From IMG/VR virus record IMGVR_UViG_3300028027_000057, positions 1 to 64,000 of that record: a stretch of DNA of 64,000 nt; one strand, given 5' to 3'. Under the pieces are notes generated by a model. The model ran no database searches, was not told the DNA's origin, and was given only the letters and a program-made list of their open reading frames with translations. A program made the position numbers and the translations under genes. Each line of letters opens with the position of its first letter. Positions within the stretch are counted from its first letter, which is position 1. Shown in pieces: positions 1-5,749 of the stretch. This DNA is from a virus.

Positions 1-1
1 T

Positions 2-241
2 GACGGATCATGGGACTATCGTAAGGTTATCTCATATACTAGGAACTCTAATGAGCCATTGATTGATCGACTTGATCTATTCGACAAGGCATACAATAGA
101 ACTCTAGTATCTGACTTTGAATCTCTTTCAGTATTCATGCAAGATATGGTCGAGGACTGTGATATTATGTCAGGCTTTAAGGAAGCTAGACTTCTTATAG
201 TAACAATGATTGAGGAACAAGAAAAGAAATCAAAGGGGTAG
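2..241 (+). CDS. 3' end of a hypothetical protein running in from the window edge
   Basis: The frame of ORF 59..241 is open back to position 2 (DGSWDYRKV...), so the true start lies outside the window. Confidence 0.6.
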   Translation, partial: DGSWDYRKVISYTRNSNEPLIDRLDLFDKAYNRTLVSDFESLSVFMQDMVEDCDIMSGFKEARLLIVTMIEEQEKKSKG

Positions 242-244
242 CCT

Positions 245-403
245 ATGATATTCGTTCAGTCTAATACATCTATTCGTACAGTAGAAGATCGTTACTTATT
301 CTGTAAGGTTCGATCCAATCAAGCTTGGACTAAAGATGGGTTCTGGACTTATCCGGGAACTCATGGTCAACTATCTTCCTTTAAACTGGAGTTCATTCTA
401 TGA
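245..403 (+). CDS. FKLEFI-family microprotein 1 (52 aa)
   Basis: Manual translation MIFVQSNTSIRTVEDRYLFCKVRSNQAWTKDGFWTYPGTHGQLSSFKLEFIL*; ATGA overlap with the next ORF. Confidence 0.8.
   Translation: MIFVQSNTSIRTVEDRYLFCKVRSNQAWTKDGFWTYPGTHGQLSSFKLEFIL
380..403 (+). repeat. Cassette-junction repeat copy 1 (TTTAAACTGGAGTTCATTCTATGA)
   Basis: Near-identical copies at 538, 699, 1569 and 3416; contains GGAG SD and ATGA stop/start. Confidence 0.9.
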
Positions 404-561
404 TTAAATTCACACAGATTAAACCTCGCCTTGCATATAGTAAAAAATTCTATCATCAAATTGTATTATGGGATGGATCAACTTACTATAGATCATTAAA
501 CGAGGGACACTTTAGAGAAAAGGAAAGTCTATCTGACTTTAAACTGGAGTTCATACTATGA
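400..561 (+). CDS. FKLEFI-family microprotein 2 (53 aa)
   Basis: MIKFTQIKPRLAYSKKFYHQIVLWDGSTYYRSLNEGHFREKESLSDFKLEFIL*; GGAG SD in the upstream repeat. Confidence 0.8.
   Translation: MIKFTQIKPRLAYSKKFYHQIVLWDGSTYYRSLNEGHFREKESLSDFKLEFIL
538..561 (+). repeat. Cassette-junction repeat copy 2 (TTTAAACTGGAGTTCATACTATGA)
   Basis: 1 mismatch to copy 1. Confidence 0.9.
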
Positions 562-722
562 CTATTAAGTTTGTTCAAAGCGGACTCTCTCAACCAGGTG
601 ACTATCTTAGAATGTTATTCTGTACTGTCAAGAAAGGTAAAGCATTTGAAATACAAGGATCACACTGGAACTACCCAGCCCCTGATTATTTCACTGACTT
701 CAATCTGGAGTTCATAAGATGA
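558..722 (+). CDS. FKLEFI-family microprotein 3 (54 aa)
   Basis: MTIKFVQSGLSQPGDYLRMLFCTVKKGKAFEIQGSHWNYPAPDYFTDFNLEFIR*. Confidence 0.8.
   Translation: MTIKFVQSGLSQPGDYLRMLFCTVKKGKAFEIQGSHWNYPAPDYFTDFNLEFIR
699..722 (+). repeat. Cassette-junction repeat copy 3 (TTCAATCTGGAGTTCATAAGATGA)
   Basis: Degenerate copy; provides the SD and ATG of the ATP-grasp gene. Confidence 0.85.
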
Positions 723-1453
723 AAACATTTATATCATATTCAAACAAATCCTCTCTAACCGGCAAAGCATTGAGAGAATCCCTAACAGCTAGACGTAAAC
801 GAACCAACAAGCGTGCCAAGTGTGACCTACTTGTACGATGGGGTAGTACAGAAGACTTCCCTAATCTACAAGCGAAGCTAGAACTCAATAGCTTAGCATC
901 AGTACGACGTGCTTCCAATAAGCTAGAAATGATTCGTGTCTTATCCGCAGCGGGTGTTACAATTCCATCATTCAATACAACAGTAGAAGATATAGATGAG
1001 TGCAAAGATAGCAGCGGTAATCTGTATATCCGAAGCAAGCTAGGGGTTGTAAGATACGGTAATGACTTCAATCCTTTAGCTGATCTATACTATACTGAAC
1101 CTATTGAATTGAAACGGCGAGAGTATAGAGTACACGTATTCCGTGGGAAGATCATAGGAATCTATGAGAAGGTTCCCCTAGTAGAGGGGGCGGCAAATCG
1201 CCCTAAGCTTTTCAAATCTAATACCTGCAAGTTCGTCAGATCAGACCCCTTAATTAGTCGTGTCGACCAAGAAGCCCAGTCTCTTTGTATTGCCGCCGTA
1301 AATGCCCTAGGATTAGACTTCGGGGGGGTAGACTTAGTGCGATGTAGGGACAAATCATTCGTCGTCCTAGAAGTTAACTCAAGCCCCGGCCTTAACTCAC
1401 AAATGCTAGAGAGGTATACTAATGAAATCAATCAATGTTTGTCAGTTACTTAG
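719..1453 (+). CDS. RimK-like ATP-grasp ligase
   Basis: EYRVHVF, LGLDFGGVDL and LEVNSSPGL motifs of RimK/phage ATP-grasp enzymes. Confidence 0.85.
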   Translation: MKTFISYSNKSSLTGKALRESLTARRKRTNKRAKCDLLVRWGSTEDFPNLQAKLELNSLASVRRASNKLEMIRVLSAAGVTIPSFNTTVEDIDECKDSSGNLYIRSKLGVVRYGNDFNPLADLYYTEPIELKRREYRVHVFRGKIIGIYEKVPLVEGAANRPKLFKSNTCKFVRSDPLISRVDQEAQSLCIAAVNALGLDFGGVDLVRCRDKSFVVLEVNSSPGLNSQMLERYTNEINQCLSVT

Positions 1454-1592
1454 AGGTTCAAGTAACCACGGCTGGGACTTTCACTTCATGGTTAAAGAGA
1501 TACATCACACTAAGTTACAATATAAAACAAAACATTCTTCTAATATGTCTCCAGAACCTAATAATCAATTCAAACTGGAGTTCATCCTATGA
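1422..1592 (+). CDS. FKLEFI-family microprotein 4 (56 aa)
   Basis: MKSINVCQLLRGSSNHGWDFHFMVKEIHHTKLQYKTKHSSNMSPEPNNQFKLEFIL*; GAGGT SD at 1411-1415. Confidence 0.75.
   Translation: MKSINVCQLLRGSSNHGWDFHFMVKEIHHTKLQYKTKHSSNMSPEPNNQFKLEFIL
1569..1592 (+). repeat. Cassette-junction repeat copy 4 (TTCAAACTGGAGTTCATCCTATGA)
   Basis: 2 mismatches to copy 1. Confidence 0.9.
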
Positions 1593-1774
1593 TTATAGTA
1601 CAGCTTAATTCAAACCCATCGTCACAGAAGTTACTGTTTGCTAAACAAGAACTAAATACTAGATTCACTACAACAAAAGGTAAATGGTCTTATCCTGATA
1701 CACATTACTTCACAAGCTTCAAGCTTGAATTTATAACAACTACTCCATATATATTCGACGACATTCCATTCTAG
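1589..1774 (+). CDS. FKLEFI-family microprotein 5 with SSB-tail-like DDIPF end (61 aa)
   Basis: LLFA, WSYP and FKLEFI motifs shared with paralogs 1 and 3; C-terminus YIFDDIPF. Confidence 0.8.
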   Translation: MIIVQLNSNPSSQKLLFAKQELNTRFTTTKGKWSYPDTHYFTSFKLEFITTTPYIFDDIPF

Positions 1775-1782
1775 GAGAAACT

Positions 1783-2181
1783 ATGTCTAGTACCATGATG
1801 ATAGGACTTATGCTAACCCATGTCCTAACAGACTGGATACTACAAGACAGAGAGACAGCCAAGAACAAGTCTAGCAACTGGCGATATCTTCTACCTCATC
1901 TATTCATTATCTACATAGGTCTATTAATCTGGGGGTATAGCAACGGACTTTATTTCCGTAATAGCTTCGTCTTCGCTTTACTTAATGTAATACTTCATGG
2001 TATCATAGACAAGTATCTATGGACTATCTACAAGTATGCAGTAGTTAAAAGATTTCCAGAGGTTAAGAAAGGTATGCCCTTTGAATACTGGGAAGACAAT
2101 TGGTTCTATAACTTCATAGCGATCGACCAGCTACTACATGGTATCTGTTACGTTCTAATCTTCAATCTAGTTACAAGGTAG
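1783..2181 (+). CDS. DUF3307-like membrane protein
   Basis: Hydrophobic segments with H..DW.LQ, H.IID and DQLLH motifs; AGGAG SD. Confidence 0.7.
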   Translation: MSSTMMIGLMLTHVLTDWILQDRETAKNKSSNWRYLLPHLFIIYIGLLIWGYSNGLYFRNSFVFALLNVILHGIIDKYLWTIYKYAVVKRFPEVKKGMPFEYWEDNWFYNFIAIDQLLHGICYVLIFNLVTR

Positions 2182-2361
2182 GTACATCATCTTAGTATTA
2201 ATACTAGCAGTCTCGGTAATTGGTATCAAGTTACTCGGCCCAAGTCTAGCCGGTAACATATTCCTCAAGGGAATACTTGTTGTACTTGAGTTCGTACTAT
2301 CGGCAGTAGCTACATTTATTTTCCCAGCGTTTGTTATATTTCTTTTTATGTGGGGTAGGTA

Positions 2362-2541
2362 ATGACAATAGTTATTAAACAGTGGATTGAGAATAGAAAA
2401 GGTTCTTTTTACTTATGTTCTGATAAGCAAATTAAATTCATAGATTCAGATAGGATGACTTGGTACAATGGAAACTATCTAGCAAAGATAGAATACTACG
2501 ATGATGTTTCAACAACCTTCTCGTTAGCATTTATAACTTAG
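2362..2541 (+). CDS. FKLEFI-family microprotein 6, divergent (59 aa)
   Basis: MTIVIKQWIENRKGSFYLCSDKQIKFIDSDRMTWYNGNYLAKIEYYDDVSTTFSLAFIT*; same hydrophobic-strand-Q start and FxLxFI end. Confidence 0.6.
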   Translation: MTIVIKQWIENRKGSFYLCSDKQIKFIDSDRMTWYNGNYLAKIEYYDDVSTTFSLAFIT

Positions 2542-2548
2542 GAGTTAC

Positions 2549-2824
2549 ATGAACAAGAGAGATAAGATAGATTACCTTCTGTCTCTCATTAAGGAACAGA
2601 CCGATGAGTTCCTAGAGACTGAGTTAATATCTAGCATGAATCTAAGCGAAGAGGAACTAATCACTGCAGCTATGGAAGTCGTACTACGTCAGTCAGTAAT
2701 GACGATAGAGTATTCTATGCCTATAGGTAAAGTAGATAGAGACAACGTATCATTTGTAATAGATAAGAATATACAGATAGCATTAACATCTAGTATAGAG
2801 GAGACTGAAGATGACGAGGATTAA
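2549..2824 (+). CDS. Hypothetical acidic protein
   Basis: ORF with AGGAG SD. Confidence 0.6.
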   Translation: MNKRDKIDYLLSLIKEQTDEFLETELISSMNLSEEELITAAMEVVLRQSVMTIEYSMPIGKVDRDNVSFVIDKNIQIALTSSIEETEDDED

Positions 2825-3050
2825 GTATAGTCGTAAAGGTTCTGTATTAGTAACTGACTTTATTACTATAGGCCCTAACAGTGTAGTCCGTGGTGTTATA
2901 TTATCAGACTTTGTATATTACATATATACTTTTGATGCTGATGTAATGTATAGCGGACAGTCTTCTAATCTTCGTAATGCTAAGGCTAAAATCAAACAAC
3001 TTCTTTTATCATGTGGTGCTAAATTCAAAGAAGAGATACGAAATAGATAA
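2811..3050 (+). CDS. Hypothetical protein
   Basis: ORF with GAGGAG SD, overlapping the upstream gene. Confidence 0.55.
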   Translation: MTRIKYSRKGSVLVTDFITIGPNSVVRGVILSDFVYYIYTFDADVMYSGQSSNLRNAKAKIKQLLLSCGAKFKEEIRNR

Positions 3051-3078
3051 TTTTAGGTAGATATCTTAACAGCCCCAG

Positions 3079-3112
3079 AGTTGTTATACGTCGTCATCAA
3101 ATAGGTTGTCAA
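3079..3112 (-). promoter_or_regulatory. Candidate antisense promoter facing the microprotein array
   Basis: Minus strand TTGACA(3112-3107)-N18-TATAAC(3088-3083), overlapping the TAACAACT motif (3086-3079). Confidence 0.4.
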
Positions 3113-3199
3113 CAACTTTCTTCCAATATAATTCAAATACAGAACAATTACAAACAGTTATATACTTCGCACTAATCCCATTAACACTAGAGGTCATAT

Positions 3200-3457
3200 A
3201 TGAGCAAGCTACTTGTTATCTATCAGTATAATAACGCTCCATCTACTAGAAGAAATGGAGCAAACGCGGGGTGGGATGGAACTCTAGGACCTTGGCAATA
3301 CTTAACATTGAAAAGAACAGGCAATAAAATAAGAAAGTACGATACTGGATATGGTAGAACTGGTAGTAGCCCAACTACAATCAAAGATTGGGAAGATAAC
3401 TGCGTCAATACTGAGTTCAAACTGGAGTTCATATATGACACGAGTGGTGACTCATGA
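3200..3457 (+). CDS. FKLEFI-family microprotein 7 (85 aa)
   Basis: LVIYQ start, EFKLEFIY near the C-terminus; GAGGT SD. Confidence 0.75.
   Translation: MSKLLVIYQYNNAPSTRRNGANAGWDGTLGPWQYLTLKRTGNKIRKYDTGYGRTGSSPTTIKDWEDNCVNTEFKLEFIYDTSGDS
3416..3438 (+). repeat. Cassette-junction repeat copy 5 with 1-nt deletion (TTCAAACTGGAGTTCATATATGA)
   Basis: Identical core; TGA shifted out of frame. Confidence 0.85.
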
Positions 3458-4038
3458 TTAAGCAACGATACTCCCTATACTACAACGAAGCTATTATCGA
3501 CAAGGAATCTACTGACCTAATCAAACAATGGCATTACTCTAGATCATCTAGATCACAACAACAAAAACATGTATTCAAACTCGTAGACAATACTGACAAC
3601 TCATTAACAGGAGTAGCTATCTATGGTAACCCAATGTCTAGACACTTCAACAAGTTAGAGACAATAGAACTTAGACGACTATGTTTAATTGACGACACTC
3701 CAAAGAACACAGAGAGTTACTTCATTGCTCAAACTCTCCGTTGGTTAGGTAAGCACACTACATACAAACAAGTCGTATCATTCGCTGATCCTAATCATGG
3801 ACACGCCGGCACTATTTACAAAGCAAGCAACTTCCTATATGATGGGAGAGAGAAGAATGAGAACCCAAGGATCGTCCAGTATGGTGAGAAGCAAATCCAT
3901 CTACGTCAGATGTACCAGAAAACAGGAGGTAGTTATTCAGAGGATGCTAAACGTATTCAAGCCGCGGTTGCTTCAGGAGAAGCACAAGTAATAAAGCAAG
4001 AACAGAAACATAGATACTTATATAACTTAAGGGGATAA
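3454..4038 (+). CDS. Mom-like (GNAT) DNA modification protein
   Basis: HYS, ELRRL, NTES.FI and SFADP..GH.GTIYKASNF motifs typical of the Mu Mom-like family. Confidence 0.75.
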   Translation: MIKQRYSLYYNEAIIDKESTDLIKQWHYSRSSRSQQQKHVFKLVDNTDNSLTGVAIYGNPMSRHFNKLETIELRRLCLIDDTPKNTESYFIAQTLRWLGKHTTYKQVVSFADPNHGHAGTIYKASNFLYDGREKNENPRIVQYGEKQIHLRQMYQKTGGSYSEDAKRIQAAVASGEAQVIKQEQKHRYLYNLRG

Positions 4039-4039
4039 C

Positions 4040-4237
4040 ATGACAGTCTACATTAATGGTATTGTAAATTTAGAAGCAACTAATGAAGCAAACTTAGAAG
4101 CAAGTAAGCGAGCAACTGCCGTAGCTAATCAACACTATGGTATACTGCTAACAGCATTAGAACTACTAAACGCTGGTAATAATAAAGAAGCAACGTCATT
4201 GATTAATAGTTACCTAGTTGAATCAGATGAAGTCTAG
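4040..4237 (+). CDS. Hypothetical protein
   Basis: ORF with SD, in a tightly packed operon. Confidence 0.5.
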   Translation: MTVYINGIVNLEATNEANLEASKRATAVANQHYGILLTALELLNAGNNKEATSLINSYLVESDEV

Positions 4238-4239
4238 CT

Positions 4240-4503
4240 ATGATCAAACCTATAACCCTAACGGATGTAGAAATTGAAAAGATGGTATCTAAACCTTATA
4301 CTGTGTTTAGCAATTGGGATCGTAACTGGTCTAATGATTATGGATATGATGACTGGGCTAATCCCCCTAGTTCTAAAAGAACTAAACATGAGTGGGTAAA
4401 GTCCAGCTATTTTTCAGCTAACGTATACTTTACTTGTAAGCTCTGCGGAGCTAAGCAAGAAAAAACAATAGGAGATTACTGTGAAGAAGCAACTAAGTTC
4501 TAG
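4240..4503 (+). CDS. Hypothetical protein with H..W/CxxC Zn-binding motif
   Basis: HEW...CKLCG...C. Confidence 0.5.
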   Translation: MIKPITLTDVEIEKMVSKPYTVFSNWDRNWSNDYGYDDWANPPSSKRTKHEWVKSSYFSANVYFTCKLCGAKQEKTIGDYCEEATKF

Positions 4504-4774
4504 TATCGGTGAGAGGATCAACCTCTTTGATGGATACCTTGACCCTAGCGTAGAGATGTTCAATGTCTTATTCTATGAGTGTCCCTTAACTGGATACAAC
4601 CCAGATGACCTAGTAACGATCGGACAGATGGTCAGTGGTAACCGCAGGGAGATACTTGTCGGAGAGGTCCTAGTCGAACACAAGATGTTCAGCAACCTAT
4701 TGTATGGAATGGACAGGGATGAGTTTAACAACCAAGAGTCTGAGATCGAAGACATCATGGGATACCCAGTATGA
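4481..4774 (+). CDS. Hypothetical protein
   Basis: GTG start with AGGAG SD. Confidence 0.5.
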   Translation: MKKQLSSSIGERINLFDGYLDPSVEMFNVLFYECPLTGYNPDDLVTIGQMVSGNRREILVGEVLVEHKMFSNLLYGMDRDEFNNQESEIEDIMGYPV

Positions 4775-4986
4775 GGTTTTACTTAGAGATCGAGACAGAA
4801 GGTAATACTATTACTGTAACACAGAAAATCAAGCGTGGATTTAGATGTAGAGAATCTAAGAATGAATTGGATATTTTGTCATTAGACTGGACAGGAACAC
4901 CCGTGCTTCCTACAGGAACACCATTGACCATGGAACTAATAGACGCAGCGATCGCAGCTTTAGAACAACCAACACGGAGACGATAA
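4771..4986 (+). CDS. Hypothetical protein
   Basis: ATGA-coupled ORF. Confidence 0.5.
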   Translation: MRFYLEIETEGNTITVTQKIKRGFRCRESKNELDILSLDWTGTPVLPTGTPLTMELIDAAIAALEQPTRRR

Positions 4987-5115
4987 ATGAAACAAGTCAT
5001 AACTTTTCTCTTGCTTTTTTTAGTATCTTGTGGTAGTCTAGAATATACTCCAGCTGATCCTTCAGACTTGGGGTCATTTAATCCTAACGAAGGTAACCAC
5101 GGGAGACTACGCTAA
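4987..5115 (+). CDS. Small putative lipoprotein (42 aa)
   Basis: MKQVITFLLLFLVSCGS...: basic N-terminus, hydrophobic core, lipobox LVSC. Confidence 0.55.
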   Translation: MKQVITFLLLFLVSCGSLEYTPADPSDLGSFNPNEGNHGRLR

Positions 5116-5495
5116 TGAAAAAGGAACTCATTGTATTCATTGCAACAAACGAAGAAGGCGAAGCTATCAGAGTTAGCCGAGTAGACGACGGATCAAATCG
5201 ATTCATGTTACTGACCCTAGGTGTTAATCGTATGGTAGTAGACGTAGCAGAGTTAATGGATGGGATCGGAGCTATCGGACATTACTCAACACTCTTCGAT
5301 CAAGAAGAACTTATGAAAGCAATGCGTGCTAAGACTCAGTCAAGTCCACAACCTCCAGTAACTAATCCTATTCAAAAGGAAGAAGAGATTGTATTCGATG
5401 TGGCCATGTCATCAGGACCTTCAGCCAGTGAGCTAGCATTAGAAGCACAGACCAAGCACATGCAAGGTGGGACTCTAGTATTAAAAGAAGAATAA
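5115..5495 (+). CDS. Hypothetical protein
   Basis: TAATG-coupled ORF with GGAG SD. Confidence 0.55.
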   Translation: MKKELIVFIATNEEGEAIRVSRVDDGSNRFMLLTLGVNRMVVDVAELMDGIGAIGHYSTLFDQEELMKAMRAKTQSSPQPPVTNPIQKEEEIVFDVAMSSGPSASELALEAQTKHMQGGTLVLKEE

Positions 5496-5519
5496 ACAAT
5501 AACAATTGGAAAATGCAAC

Positions 5520-5738
5520 GTGGATATTTTTTGTATTGCAATTCTCATAGGACTTGTGGTAAGATTAGTATGTAAGTTCGGCATATATCTGTATTTAAGG
5601 ACAAACAAATCTGAAGAAGAGATACGTAGTAAGAAAGGATTTCAAACTCTAATCTTTATGTATGTCTTCAATAAGATTCTATTGCTTATACATATAACAA
5701 TATATGCTGCTCTTGCTGTACGTACTTATCTATTATAA
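5520..5738 (+). CDS. Small 2-TM membrane protein
   Basis: Two hydrophobic segments. Confidence 0.5.
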   Translation: MDIFCIAILIGLVVRLVCKFGIYLYLRTNKSEEEIRSKKGFQTLIFMYVFNKILLLIHITIYAALAVRTYLL

Positions 5739-5749
5739 TCAGGAGAACA

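Noticed and set aside
380-722. CRISPR array (24-bp repeats at regular spacing)
   Set aside because: The spacers are ~135 nt and fully protein-coding, the repeats are non-palindromic and encode SD/stop/start, and there is no cas operon; the Cas4-like gene lies in a recombination context.
1734-1741. TAACAACT on the + strand before the DUF3307-like gene
   Set aside because: A single intragenic copy in an AT-rich early region; it cannot be distinguished from chance.
245-3457. Integron attC cassettes or a diversity-generating retroelement
   Set aside because: No attC-like inverted repeats, integrase or reverse transcriptase in the window, and no TR/VR pair differing only at adenines.
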